A stretch of 64,000 nt of DNA from an uncultured Candidatus Saccharibacteria bacterium (GTDB taxonomy: Bacteria; Patescibacteriota; Minisyncoccia; Phycocordibacterales; UBA6065), in contig CAZBVG010000004.1 in assembly GCA_964495425.1 (NCBI GenBank), positions 63,633-127,632 of the forward strand. Direction: 5' to 3'. The number at the start of each line of letters is the position of its first letter. Position 1 is the stretch's first letter. The notes beneath the pieces were generated by a model that worked only from the letters and a program-made list of their open reading frames with translations, ran no database searches and had not been told where the DNA came from. The position numbers and the translations under genes are program-made. Of this stretch, positions 19,036 through 29,288 are shown in pieces.

Positions 19036-19818
19036 GTGAGAAACACTTTTCAATACATTGCAACAGTTGTTTTAGTGGGGCTTTTCAGTTCTACGGTGCC
19101 CTTTTCAACCGCGAATGCGCAAAATATTACCGCCACCTCGTTTTCAAACACTCAGTCAGAGGTACGTCAGACTATTCCAACCCTCACGAACCCACTTTTG
19201 AATAAAAAGACTGTAAATTCAAGCGTTTCATCGACTCCCACTACAAATCTCTTACGGAGATCACCTGGAACAACTGCAAATCAGGTAAATTTGTCTGGTT
19301 TTATCAATAAGGTGAGAAGAAATGGTAAAAATCTTCCTGAAATTGAATCAATAATCAATCAGATCAAGATTGATACCGCAACAACAACGGACCTCATGGG
19401 TTTATTTTTAAAACAGGATGGAATTATTCCTATAACTTCGAGTTTTCGAGTAAGTGAGAGTAATCCCCTTAAAGAAAAGTTGCTTTCATTTGCGCAATTC
19501 TTTAAGCCACGAGAGGTACAAGCTGTTGGCACATCAAATTTCGGCGGCCCGCTCCTCTATTCATTCTTCTGTTCGTGTAGCTATACATTCCTTGTTTGGA
19601 TTGGACCTACAGCAAGCGCGGGTACCTCAAATCTGATTCTTGATTACGTACCATATTCACAAATGTACATGCAGTACAACATGCCATATACATCAAAAGC
19701 CATCGGAAAATATACTCCGAGTTCTTCTATGTGTTACATCTACTATGGTTACGGCTGTGTAAACGTACCAGTGAGCGAGGGCCTCATCTCATCTCAAGTT
19801 GGTTCGTCGGCTTACTAG
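19036..19818 (+). CDS. Secreted hypothetical protein with C-terminal Cys domain
   Basis: Signal peptide; FGG..CSC...GKY...C......C; TATAAT 6 nt before GTG. Confidence 0.72.
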   Translation: MRNTFQYIATVVLVGLFSSTVPFSTANAQNITATSFSNTQSEVRQTIPTLTNPLLNKKTVNSSVSSTPTTNLLRRSPGTTANQVNLSGFINKVRRNGKNLPEIESIINQIKIDTATTTDLMGLFLKQDGIIPITSSFRVSESNPLKEKLLSFAQFFKPREVQAVGTSNFGGPLLYSFFCSCSYTFLVWIGPTASAGTSNLILDYVPYSQMYMQYNMPYTSKAIGKYTPSSSMCYIYYGYGCVNVPVSEGLISSQVGSSAY

Positions 19819-19828
19819 CCTTCCGTGC

Positions 19829-20647
19829 TTATTCGCTGTTGCGTACGAGTTCCATCCAAAGTGGAAGTGGAATTTCTTCTGCGCGAGCGTTTGTATTTAG
19901 GTTAAGGCGTTTGAACTTCGCCTCGAGAACCTCTTTAGTTTCAACCGCTTCGAGATTTGAAATAAGTTTTTTGCGCTTTTGGGCAAAACCAGCTTTTACG
20001 AACTCAAAAAATCGGGCTTCTTCCTCTTTGTTTTTAAAGGGATTGTGAATGTTGCTGAGTTTTAGTACTGCTGAATCAACGTTAGGAATCGGAAAGAAAT
20101 TTCCCCGAGATACGTTCATAACAAGTTCGGGCGTAGCAAACACCTTTACTGAGATTGAAAGAATGCTTTCTTTAGTATCTTTTGCCAAGATTCTGCGGGC
20201 AACTTCCTTTTGCACCATAATAACCATCATTGAAGGCCGACAGGTGCTCGAGAGAAGGTTTCGAATGAGTGCCCCGGTGATGTAATACGGAATGTTAGCA
20301 ATTACTTTGTAGTTTTTTCCAACAATCGTCTCGATTTCTTCATCTTTAATATCGAGAACGTCCCGGTGAAATATCTCAAGTTTACCTTCTGAGATTTCTT
20401 TTTTAAATTCTTGAGTTAAATACGGTACGAGACGATTGTCCTTTTCAACCGCTTTCACGATGCCACCCATATACATCAACGCCCGAGTTAAAACTCCTTT
20501 TCCTGGTCCAACTTCAAGCACCACATCTTTTTCTTTAAGGTCACCAGCTTTAATGATTGCTTCAATAATGCGAGGAGAGATAAGAAAATTTTGGCCAAGA
20601 GATCTTTTTGCTGGTAAACCATCCGATTCATGCTGCTTGTGTTCCAT
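19829..20647 (-). CDS. rsmA: 16S rRNA m6(2)A dimethyltransferase
   Basis: KRSLGQNFL, EVGPGKG, ANIPYYIT, MVQKEVA. Confidence 0.97.
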   Translation of the reverse strand: MEHKQHESDGLPAKRSLGQNFLISPRIIEAIIKAGDLKEKDVVLEVGPGKGVLTRALMYMGGIVKAVEKDNRLVPYLTQEFKKEISEGKLEIFHRDVLDIKDEEIETIVGKNYKVIANIPYYITGALIRNLLSSTCRPSMMVIMVQKEVARRILAKDTKESILSISVKVFATPELVMNVSRGNFFPIPNVDSAVLKLSNIHNPFKNKEEEARFFEFVKAGFAQKRKKLISNLEAVETKEVLEAKFKRLNLNTNARAEEIPLPLWMELVRNSE

Positions 20648-20655
20648 GGTGAAAA

Positions 20656-22599
20656 CTATATATCAAAATAGATAACTTTGCCTCCTGCTCGTGTGCGCAT
20701 TTCTTCCTCTATATAGTGCTCTGGAATGTCGAATATGAACTCCGATGGCACGGTTACCTGTCGTGAACCAAAGATGGTACGAATGGAAGCGTGAGAGAGG
20801 AATAATTTTTTCTTTGCACGGGTGATAGCGACATAGAAAAGACGTCGTTCCTCTTCGTCATCTCGCTTACTGCTTTTGGTTTCCATTGCCTTGTGTGGGA
20901 ACAGATCTTGTTCGAGGCCTGTGATAAATACATACTCGAATTCAAGGCCTTTTGAGGCGTGAATAGTCATTAAGCGTACCGCGGGCGCATCTTCTTCCAT
21001 TTCATCTTGATCGGTGGCCAAAGAAGCATCCTCGAGAAGTTTGGTCACACCTTCTCCGGGAATCATGAAATCATACTTTGTTGCTAGAGTTGCAAGCTCC
21101 TTTACGTTTTCAAGTCGCTCAAGATCTTCTTCTGTTCCCTGCTGGAACATTTCTTCGAGCCCGGTGCGCTTGATAACAAAACGAACGAGATCAGAAGCCT
21201 TCTCGCTTTGTGTTTTTTGTGCGATTTCATCAAGCATCATATTGAAATCACTCCATTTTTTAGAATGGGTTGAAGAAAGTTGGTCGAGCATGCCTGAAAA
21301 AATTTTGGCAATAGTAACTTTTCCAATTCCTCGTGCTGGAACATTGATCACCCGCTCTATATCAGAGAGAGAGTCACGATTAAGTGCGGCACGAATGAAC
21401 GACAAGACATCCTTGATCTCTTTTCGTTCAAAGAACTTAACGCCGAGCACCTGATACTGCACATCGCGAGCAAGCATCGCTTCTTCAAGTGCTCGAGATT
21501 GGAAGTTTGCTCGATAAAGAACGGCAATGTTGCTTGGATCCGTGCCTTTTTCAATGAGATCTGCGGATTTTTCTGCGATAAATCGAGCTTCATCGTTTTC
21601 ATCAAAGGCTGGATAGACAGTAATTTTCTCCCCTGCCCCTTGTTTGGTGAAAAGATTTTTTTCAAAGCGATTCTTGTTCTTTTTTATGATATGGTTTGCG
21701 ACTTCAAGGATTGTTTGTGTTGAACGGTAGTTTTCCTCGAGCGTGACCATTTTTGCACCCGGGTAGTCTTTTTCAAACGAGAGTATGTTTTTAATATCTG
21801 CTCCACGCCAGCTGTAAATATTTTGATCGACATCACCTACCACGCATATGTTTTTTCGCTCTCCTGCAATGAGTTTGGCGATTTTATACTGCACTTTATT
21901 CGTATCCTGATACTCATCAATATGTACGTATGTCCACGCTTTTTGATATTTTGCTCGCACCTCAGCATCTTTTTCGAGAAGCTCTGCGGTTTTAAGAAGA
22001 AGATCATCAAAATCCAACGCCTTTTCCTTTCTCAGTGCTGCTTCATATTTCTGCCATACCTTATACACGATATCTCGCATGTAATCGTTGCCCACTGATT
22101 CAAAAAATTGGGATAGATTTACCCCGTTACCCTTTTCTTTTGAAATTATTGAGAGGAGTACATTCGGCTCATATTGTTTTGGATCGAGCCCGGTATCCGT
22201 GATGGCATTTTTTACCGCGCGCCGTGAGTCTGATCGATCGAAAATGGTGAAATGCTTGGTCAAGCCAAATCTTTGAGCATTTTCACGAATAATGTGTACT
22301 CCGAGTGAATGAAAGGTACTTACGAATGGTCGCTCGGTAAAGCTTATGGGCACATTCAAGTCCTTGTCTTCCTTTAAAAGTTTTAGGACACGCTCTCGCA
22401 TTTCCTTCGCCGCCTTGTTGGTGAAAGTAATTGCAAGGATGTTTGCCGGTGTAATTCCGTTTTTTATGAGATGGAGTATGCGATACGTGATGGTTTTTGT
22501 CTTTCCGGCACCCGCTCCAGCCAAAATGAGCACCGGACCCTCAGTCAAAAGCACCGCTTCCTTCTGTCGATCGTTTAAAGTGGCGAGATGATTCACCAA
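20656..22599 (-). CDS. pcrA: UvrD/PcrA SF1 helicase
   Basis: AGAGAGKT, TFTNKAA, DEYQD, YSWRGA, ENYRS, HASKGLEF, EERRLFYVA. Confidence 0.96.
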   Translation of the reverse strand: MVNHLATLNDRQKEAVLLTEGPVLILAGAGAGKTKTITYRILHLIKNGITPANILAITFTNKAAKEMRERVLKLLKEDKDLNVPISFTERPFVSTFHSLGVHIIRENAQRFGLTKHFTIFDRSDSRRAVKNAITDTGLDPKQYEPNVLLSIISKEKGNGVNLSQFFESVGNDYMRDIVYKVWQKYEAALRKEKALDFDDLLLKTAELLEKDAEVRAKYQKAWTYVHIDEYQDTNKVQYKIAKLIAGERKNICVVGDVDQNIYSWRGADIKNILSFEKDYPGAKMVTLEENYRSTQTILEVANHIIKKNKNRFEKNLFTKQGAGEKITVYPAFDENDEARFIAEKSADLIEKGTDPSNIAVLYRANFQSRALEEAMLARDVQYQVLGVKFFERKEIKDVLSFIRAALNRDSLSDIERVINVPARGIGKVTIAKIFSGMLDQLSSTHSKKWSDFNMMLDEIAQKTQSEKASDLVRFVIKRTGLEEMFQQGTEEDLERLENVKELATLATKYDFMIPGEGVTKLLEDASLATDQDEMEEDAPAVRLMTIHASKGLEFEYVFITGLEQDLFPHKAMETKSSKRDDEEERRLFYVAITRAKKKLFLSHASIRTIFGSRQVTVPSEFIFDIPEHYIEEEMRTRAGGKVIYFDI

Positions 22600-22760
22600 G
22601 AGATTTTAGCATATAACAAGAGGGAATAAAATATGGCTTAAAATAAGGCTATTTTTACAAAAATTGGTAAGGGGCACGTGAAAAAAACTGGTTGTGGATA
22701 GTACGGGGACAACCCAAGTTGACTGAACTTTCTGGGTGGGTATAGTTATAGGGCACAGAA

Positions 22761-23909
22761 ATGACTGTATGTCCGAAATATGGCTCAACAGAGCCATATA
22801 TTCAGAAAATGAAGCAAATACTGGATAAAATAAGCACTATTTTTAGATTTCTCAAAGAACTTTCGCCAAAATCGGTCCGTAGTATAAAGGCGAAATCACA
22901 TACGACCCTTACTATCGCGCTTTACTTAGTAAAGCATGTTTTCTTTTATACGGCTCTACTTATACCTCTTTCGGCTTCCGCGGGGGTATTTTCATTTCTA
23001 ACTGACCTTATGGGCAAAGAGGTGGATGCTAATATCCGACAAAGCTCACAGTATCTGGGTGTACTTCAGGCGCAGGTTGGTCCGGGCTCTACGTCATCTG
23101 TTGGTGGAGGTGAAATACAGATGGTTGATGGAGGTGCTCTCATTCAGGAAGCGGGTGTTATTGGTACTCAGGCGGATATTACAGAGCCAAAGTCTACCCA
23201 GATCAGTATTTACGTTGTTCGTAAGGGTGATTCCCTTTCTCAGATAGCTCAAATGTATGATGTGACGGTAAATACCATTAAGTGGTCTAACAACATTACA
23301 GGTCCAATTCAGGAGGGTGATGAACTTGTTATATTGCCAATCTCAGGTGTAAGCCATACGGTAAAAAAGGGTGACACCGTTCGTTCAATTGCGACAAAGT
23401 ATAAAGCGAGCCTCGATGAAATTCTTGCGTATAACAATGTTAAAGCGACAGACAAGCTAGAAGTTGGATCTGTGCTTATTGTTCCTGATGGTGAGGTGCA
23501 GGCTACGCCTATCGCGACATCTAACTCAACCTCAAAGGTGCGCAGTGTGGGCGGTCCGGTGTACAAGGATTTTTATATTCGACCTATCGAAGGAGGTGTG
23601 CGTACTCAAGGTCTCCATGGTTTGAACGGTGTTGACCTTGCTGCGCCTGTTGGCACCCCTATTCGTGCTTCTGCGGGCGGTACGGTTATTATTGCTCGAT
23701 CGTCTGGTTACAACGGTGGATATGGATCATATGTTGTGATCTCGCACGCAAATGGAACACAAACGTTGTACGCGCATATGAGTCGCGTTGTGGTTGTTCA
23801 GGGCACAACTGTCAGCCAGGGAGATATGCTCGGAAATGTTGGAAGCACGGGTAAATCTACTGGTCCCCATATTCATTTTGAAGTTCGAGGTGCTGCAAAT
23901 CCGTTCTAA
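22761..23909 (+). CDS. LysM + M23 peptidase (start uncertain)
   Basis: Two LysM repeats (YVVRKGDSLSQIA; HTVKKGDTVRSIA); NGVDLA, TLYAHMS, GPHIHFEV. Confidence 0.9.
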   Translation: MTVCPKYGSTEPYIQKMKQILDKISTIFRFLKELSPKSVRSIKAKSHTTLTIALYLVKHVFFYTALLIPLSASAGVFSFLTDLMGKEVDANIRQSSQYLGVLQAQVGPGSTSSVGGGEIQMVDGGALIQEAGVIGTQADITEPKSTQISIYVVRKGDSLSQIAQMYDVTVNTIKWSNNITGPIQEGDELVILPISGVSHTVKKGDTVRSIATKYKASLDEILAYNNVKATDKLEVGSVLIVPDGEVQATPIATSNSTSKVRSVGGPVYKDFYIRPIEGGVRTQGLHGLNGVDLAAPVGTPIRASAGGTVIIARSSGYNGGYGSYVVISHANGTQTLYAHMSRVVVVQGTTVSQGDMLGNVGSTGKSTGPHIHFEVRGAANPF

Positions 23910-23911
23910 AC

Positions 23912-25468
23912 CTATATAAAATGTTTCTGTCGATATTGAAGCGCTTCCAGTATATGGGGCGCTTCAATTGTTTCTGAATTTTCAATATCAGCAATCGTTC
24001 GTGCCAGTTTAACTGTGCTGTGGTATCCACGGCCCGATATGTCGTAGGTTTGTGCGGCTTTATTTAGAGTTTCCTCAGCTGATTTGGAAAGAAAAGTTCC
24101 TTTCGCAAGATCGCGAGAATGGATAGATGAGTTTGAGTGTGCATTAATGGCTACTTTTTTAAACCGTTCTCGTTGTTTGGTGCGGGCCATTACAACTGTG
24201 TGGCGCGCAGAGTCTGTTTCGTGGGAGTCGCTTTTGTGACGCATGAGCTTCTCGTGATCTATCTTTGACACTTCGATCCACATATCAATACGATCCATGA
24301 TGGGTCCGGATAGTTTTCGTGCATACCTGGCAATATCAGCAGGCGCACAGATGCATGTCTTGCCAGAAACTCCTCTATTACCACACGGGCAAGGATTGAG
24401 TGCGGCCACGAGGATAAAATGTGCTGGAAACTGAGCTGTTCCCTTTGATCGAGAGATAGAGATAATACGATCTTCAAGAGGTTGCCGGAGTGATTCAATT
24501 ACCCGCTTATCAAACTCAGGAAATTCATCCAAGAAAAGAATGCCACGATGAGCCAAAGTGATTTCTCCGGGTTTAGGTGTACCTCCTCCTCCCACAAGTG
24601 ATGCGTATGAGGCGGTGTGGTGCGGGGAGCGAACTGGTGAAGTGGTGATGAGACTTCCTTCGAGTCTGCCAGCAACAGAATGAATTTCGGTCACTTCAAG
24701 CATCTCCTCAAATGAAAGAGGTGGAAGGATGCTTTGAAGCGCACGAGCAAGCATTGTTTTTCCTGTTCCGGGTGGTCCGAAGAGAGCAATGTTGTGTATG
24801 CCGGCTGCAGCAATGATGAGACCTCTTTTTGCTGTTTCTTGACCAGCTATATCATCTAGATCGGTTGTAGCGGTATTTTCCATGATCAAGGTTTTTGGAT
24901 CGAGTTTCTGTTCTGGGGAGAGAACAATTTTTTCAAACCCATCACTTTCCTTTGTGTGTAAATGGGATATGACTTCGGTGAGAGTTTTAATGCCAAATAC
25001 ACGGACCCCATCTATGAGAGCGGCTTCGGGGGCATTTTCCTTTGGAACATATATTTCCTGAATTCCTTTTGATAAAGCGAGTTTTGCATAAGAAAGTGCT
25101 CCTCGTATTGGCCGCAGGCTTCCATCAAGCGCGAGTTCTCCAATGAATAATTTTCCTTCCGGATCAAATTCAATTTCTTCGGCTGAAAGTAAATAAGCAA
25201 GAGCGATAGGAAGATCAAACGCTGGTCCCTCCTTTCTAATATCAGCGGGTGCAAGTGAGACGGTTATTTTTGCGTTTGTTTGCTTTGGGGATTTGAATCC
25301 GGAGTTTTTGATAGCGGCAGATACTCTGTCTCGGGCCTCCTCAATTGCTTTATCGGGCAGGCCAACAATTGAAAAAGAGTGAAGTCCGCGTGACATATCC
25401 ATTTCTACTGAAATGACATGCGCCTTAAGCATGTGGTTTTGTGCACTAAAGACTTTTGAAAACCTCAT
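23912..25468 (-). CDS. comM: YifB/ComM AAA+ helicase
   Basis: VGLPD, LAPAD, GPPGTGKT, RSPHH, GEITLAHRGILFLDEFPEF, NPCPCG. Confidence 0.95.
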   Translation of the reverse strand: MRFSKVFSAQNHMLKAHVISVEMDMSRGLHSFSIVGLPDKAIEEARDRVSAAIKNSGFKSPKQTNAKITVSLAPADIRKEGPAFDLPIALAYLLSAEEIEFDPEGKLFIGELALDGSLRPIRGALSYAKLALSKGIQEIYVPKENAPEAALIDGVRVFGIKTLTEVISHLHTKESDGFEKIVLSPEQKLDPKTLIMENTATTDLDDIAGQETAKRGLIIAAAGIHNIALFGPPGTGKTMLARALQSILPPLSFEEMLEVTEIHSVAGRLEGSLITTSPVRSPHHTASYASLVGGGGTPKPGEITLAHRGILFLDEFPEFDKRVIESLRQPLEDRIISISRSKGTAQFPAHFILVAALNPCPCGNRGVSGKTCICAPADIARYARKLSGPIMDRIDMWIEVSKIDHEKLMRHKSDSHETDSARHTVVMARTKQRERFKKVAINAHSNSSIHSRDLAKGTFLSKSAEETLNKAAQTYDISGRGYHSTVKLARTIADIENSETIEAPHILEALQYRQKHFI

Positions 25469-25535
25469 GTACTAAGTGTATGGTTTATAGATAAAGTAAA
25501 TATAAACTCGGGCTGTGTATGGGTGATAGTAAGCA

Positions 25536-25570
25536 AACAAAAATCCGTCAAATTCTGACGGATTTTTGTT
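25536..25570 (-). terminator. Intrinsic terminator
   Basis: AACAAAAATCCGTCA-aattc-TGACGGATTTTTGTT. Confidence 0.8.
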
Positions 25571-25583
25571 AGAGATGGGCGCC

Positions 25584-25964
25584 TTACTTCTTTCCTTTCA
25601 TGTGGGCGACACAGGTTCTCGCTGCAGGATTTGCTTCGAGTCGTGCGGCTTCGATGGGTTCCCCACCAACTTCACACACTCCATATGTACCCTTCTTAAT
25701 TTTATCTAGAGCGAGCTTTACATCGTTGTACTGAGTTTCGAGCGGCTTGAGGATGGCGGTGTTAGATTCGTAGCTTTCAATATTGTCAGCAATGTCTGCG
25801 GCGTCAGAAGCATTAACATCAACATCACCTGAAGATGGTTCCCAATCCTTTGGATTATCAGGATTCTTGTGGCCTACGCTTTTAAGCTCAGTTTCAAGTG
25901 TTTTAAGTTCTGCTTCGAGCTTAGCCTTGAGTTTCGTTGTGTCTATATTGGTTTGTTTTTTCAT
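25584..25964 (-). CDS. DksA/TraR family protein
   Basis: Coiled coil with DAADIAD tip; ALDKI..GTYGVCEV..EPI...RLEANPAARTC. Confidence 0.88.
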   Translation of the reverse strand: MKKQTNIDTTKLKAKLEAELKTLETELKSVGHKNPDNPKDWEPSSGDVDVNASDAADIADNIESYESNTAILKPLETQYNDVKLALDKIKKGTYGVCEVGGEPIEAARLEANPAARTCVAHMKGKK

Positions 25965-26003
25965 GAATGTTGGATTTGTCCCCTATCATAGCGGGATTTT
26001 TTC

Positions 26004-27125
26004 CTACTGTATAGTACGTACAGAAAGGAGTCGGTCGAGTATGTACTTTAGGGCAGATGTGTTGGTTGCTATAACAATAGTGTCTTTATCTGCGAACGCG
26101 TAGAGGAGGATTGGGTCACCAGCATCATTTTTAAGGGCTCTGGTGTCTACATTTGATACAACGGTATCGGCAAAGGTGGTGCTTGTAGCTGTTGCTGTTT
26201 CATCCGGATGAGCAACCTGGATAAGAGGAAGCAAATCTGCTCGCATAGTCTTTTCCCAATCGAGCATTCCAGAGAAGGCGTTTTGGAAGAATGTATTCTT
26301 GACGATAATAAACGGACTATTTGCGTCATAAGTATACGTTCCGATCATATATGTGTCGGAAAGCGATCGCTTGAGGCGGTCAGGCATTTTTGTCATACGG
26401 AACACCTGCGCTATCGGAGCAAATACAGTTGATGTAGCGCTGTTTGTAGGAACTATCGTGTAAATATTACCGAGACCAGCATTCGACGCTTCCAGTTTTG
26501 AGCTAATGAGAATAAGTGGGTTGCTGTTTGGTTCGAGGTAGACGGCTGAGCCCTTTGTGGACGGCACAATTGTTTTTACGGTTGGAGGAATCGGTACCGC
26601 TTCAACTGAATCTTGGGAAGAAATAAACCAGTAGTACCAACCGCCACCAATAAGTACGATGACAAGTATCGCTACGAGCACAAATACACCAGGAGAAGCG
26701 GGTTTCTTTTCGGTAACTTCAACTTTATTGCGAGCCTCTCGTCTCTTTTGTTCCGCGACAGCGATATCAATAGTTGAGACGTTTTGGTACTTAACGGCTT
26801 CTTCGGCATCACTTTTGAATGTTCTAAGTGGCTTGATAGAAGGGTCATTCATCGGTTCCGTTGTTTTTTCTGGTGTGGTTTGTGGTCGTACAGGCGGAAC
26901 TTCAGTTGGCTTAAGTGGGGCCAATGGGGTTTGGTCAAGCATTTGTCCGGCTCGATTGAGCGGTGATTCATTTGGAATTCGTTTTTCTTGCACAGGTTCT
27001 GGGGCTGACTCTGGACCCGGCATTATATCAATACCCTCTGCCTTAAAATCAGAGTTGGATTGAGCAGCCTGTGTATTGGAAAGATCATTTTGATCCTTTT
27101 CTGGTGTCGGATTGTTCGGTTCCAT
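26004..27125 (-). CDS. Single-pass membrane hypothetical protein
   Basis: Pro-rich N-terminus, LRTFKSD motif, TM, AFSGMLDWE extracellular domain. Confidence 0.75.
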   Translation of the reverse strand: MEPNNPTPEKDQNDLSNTQAAQSNSDFKAEGIDIMPGPESAPEPVQEKRIPNESPLNRAGQMLDQTPLAPLKPTEVPPVRPQTTPEKTTEPMNDPSIKPLRTFKSDAEEAVKYQNVSTIDIAVAEQKRREARNKVEVTEKKPASPGVFVLVAILVIVLIGGGWYYWFISSQDSVEAVPIPPTVKTIVPSTKGSAVYLEPNSNPLILISSKLEASNAGLGNIYTIVPTNSATSTVFAPIAQVFRMTKMPDRLKRSLSDTYMIGTYTYDANSPFIIVKNTFFQNAFSGMLDWEKTMRADLLPLIQVAHPDETATATSTTFADTVVSNVDTRALKNDAGDPILLYAFADKDTIVIATNTSALKYILDRLLSVRTIQ

Positions 27126-27160
27126 AGATACATTATATACCTTACCTACTTTTTTGGTTA

Positions 27161-27194
27161 AAGAAAAGCCGCGGCGCCGTCCCGGCGCCGCGGC
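27161..27194 (-). terminator. GC-rich intrinsic terminator of the NYN gene
   Basis: 12-bp all-GC stem GCCGCGGCGCCG-tcc-CGGCGCCGCGGC with T-tract on the minus strand. Confidence 0.8.
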
Positions 27195-27204
27195 CTTCTC
27201 CTTT

Positions 27205-27867
27205 TTATCTTAACTTTCGTATAACTTTGCGCATCCCACCAACTTTTCCCTGGTCTTGCTTTCCAGATGATTTTTCTTCATCTGAATGTACACGCTGTTC
27301 GTTTTTCTTGGTGAATTCTCTATTGTCACGGTTGTCTCGAGTATCACGATTGCTGTTATGTCGCCCACCCATGACATAGCGACCTGCATTTTCGTCCATA
27401 TCAACAAAATCATCAGCAACTTCCTTGAGTTTCGATGATGCTGATTTTCCGAACGAGATTACTTCCACCTGGCATCCATTCATCTTTAAGTATTCAATGA
27501 GAGGAATGAAATCTCCGTCGCCTGATGCAATGACAACCACATCAAGTTTTGATGCAAGTTTGACTGCATCGATTGCGAGACCTACGTCCCAATCTGCTTT
27601 TTTTGAACCAGATGAAAAGATTTGAAGATCTTTTGTCTTAGTTTCGATGCCGATTTTCGTCAAAGCATCAAAAAAGCCTTTTTCTTCACCTGTTTCTGTG
27701 GTGATAACATATGCAATTGCACGAACAAGCTGTCGACCAGCAAGTGCGTCATTGAGAACATTTTCAAAGTTTACTCTACCTTGATGAATGTTTTTTGCGC
27801 TGTGATAAAGATTCTGCGCATCGAGAAACACGCCTACGCGCTGTTCCTTATGTTTAATAACTGCCAT
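27205..27867 (-). CDS. NYN (LabA/DUF88, PIN-like) domain protein
   Basis: VFLDAQNL, KKADWDVGLAIDA, SGDGDF. Confidence 0.92.
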   Translation of the reverse strand: MAVIKHKEQRVGVFLDAQNLYHSAKNIHQGRVNFENVLNDALAGRQLVRAIAYVITTETGEEKGFFDALTKIGIETKTKDLQIFSSGSKKADWDVGLAIDAVKLASKLDVVVIASGDGDFIPLIEYLKMNGCQVEVISFGKSASSKLKEVADDFVDMDENAGRYVMGGRHNSNRDTRDNRDNREFTKKNEQRVHSDEEKSSGKQDQGKVGGMRKVIRKLR

Positions 27868-27953
27868 ACAAATATAAATTACTAACTAACTGACTAAAAA
27901 TATGAAAAAGTGACTAACTTTTGCAAAACACATGCTGACAAAGAGGTTGTAAA

Positions 27954-27991
27954 CGAAACCGCCCTACTTTCAAAGTATCGGGCGGTTTTCG
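27954..27991 (-). terminator. rpsO terminator
   Basis: CGAAACCGCCC...GGGCGGTTTTCG hairpin. Confidence 0.7.
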
Positions 27992-27993
27992 TG

Positions 27994-28260
27994 TTACTTC
28001 TTGAGTTCGAGTTTCTTTGAGATCTCTGAGTGTCTTTTTGGAGACTTCTTCGCGAGATATCTCATATGATTCTGACGATCAGCTACCATCGCGAGGAGAC
28101 CTCGTCTTGAGTGCTTGTCTTTATCATGTTTCTTGAGATGTCGAGCAAGTTCCTCAATCTTCGCTGTAAGAAGCGCGATTTGAACTTCCGGAGAACCGGT
28201 GTCCTTATCATGGACGCCCGCGTTCTTGATTACTTTGGTTTTCTTTGTCGTTGAAAGCAT
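27994..28260 (-). CDS. rpsO: 30S ribosomal protein S15
   Basis: DTGSPEVQIALLT, DKHSRRGLL. Confidence 0.98.
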   Translation of the reverse strand: MLSTTKKTKVIKNAGVHDKDTGSPEVQIALLTAKIEELARHLKKHDKDKHSRRGLLAMVADRQNHMRYLAKKSPKRHSEISKKLELKK

Positions 28261-28397
28261 GGTTCACACAGGATAGCACACAACTTTTAAAATTGCAAGG
28301 GCCTGAAGCCGTTTTTTACCAAAAACTCTTAAACATATAGGTTTTTATCAATAAAAAGAGCCATAATCGAGATTATGGCTCATTGCAATATTTGCTA

Positions 28398-29288
28398 TCA
28401 GTTTTTCATCATCCATTTATAGAGGGCTTGTTTTTCCTCCACCGAACCTCTTTTTCTGTCGATATAAGCAAACCCTACTCCTAGTTGGTAGATAGTTTGT
28501 GTATACCCCACTAAACCATAATTGATCTTTGGTCCCAAGATGATTTTATCGAAATACTCCATGTCCTCGACAGTTATTGATGCAACCGCATGCTTGAAGT
28601 CGCCAAGTTTCTTTCTATCGAGAATTTGATCGATTCGAGTCTTGTATTCAGGATATGCTCGTAACATGATGGCATTTCCTACTTCATAAGCCTGTATTTC
28701 AATCTTCGCTTCCTCTGTCATGTCATTACCTAATAAATGTTGAATTGCATGGCAACATTCGTGATAAATAAAACATGCAAACAAGGCGGACGGTATCTCC
28801 AAACAAGGAATAAAGATTGTATTAGAGCGGGGGTTATACGAAAACATTGTATCGACCTTACTCGCCTTAATTTTGTCCGCAACATCAGTCGCCATAAGTA
28901 TAATTGCTGGACTTGAACCCTTACGAACCACTGTCGACCTTATCTCAAGTCCGTCACTGTGTCTTATTGCGGGAGCATTCGTAACACTCCATTCAGCTTT
29001 TTCTAGGTGTTTGTATATTCTTTGAGTTTCTGAATTTGTATTTTCATATTTAGCCGCGATGGCCGAGAGCATGGAAACTACTTGCTCGATGTGTTGTTTG
29101 TATTTAGCGGCATCTTCGCTTTTAGTGAGGTACCAACGTTCTGGAGAATCGTCTTTATCTATCATTACGGAATATTTCCGCATGTTTTCCTTCAACGACT
29201 CTTCTGGAGAAGATTTTTTTGCAGTAGTGAGGACTAAACCTACCCCGATTGTAGTCAGGACCAAGAGGACTAACAGTGCTTTTTTCAT
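28398..29288 (-). CDS. Membrane-anchored putative zincin-like protein
   Basis: N-terminal TM; IYHECCHAIQH (HExxH) and downstream EIQAY; own promoter and terminator. Confidence 0.65.
   Translation of the reverse strand: MKKALLVLLVLTTIGVGLVLTTAKKSSPEESLKENMRKYSVMIDKDDSPERWYLTKSEDAAKYKQHIEQVVSMLSAIAAKYENTNSETQRIYKHLEKAEWSVTNAPAIRHSDGLEIRSTVVRKGSSPAIILMATDVADKIKASKVDTMFSYNPRSNTIFIPCLEIPSALFACFIYHECCHAIQHLLGNDMTEEAKIEIQAYEVGNAIMLRAYPEYKTRIDQILDRKKLGDFKHAVASITVEDMEYFDKIILGPKINYGLVGYTQTIYQLGVGFAYIDRKRGSVEEKQALYKWMMKN

Noticed and set aside
22672-22690. CACGTGAAA as a fourth parS site
   Set aside because: Only a half-site; the left arm (GGGG) does not match
27168-27194. All-GC palindrome as a REP or mobile-element end
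   Set aside because: Single copy directly after the NYN stop with a T-tract; a terminator explains it
27878-27920. ACTA/TGACTAA short repeats upstream of the NYN gene
   Set aside because: Too short and low-complexity to support a function
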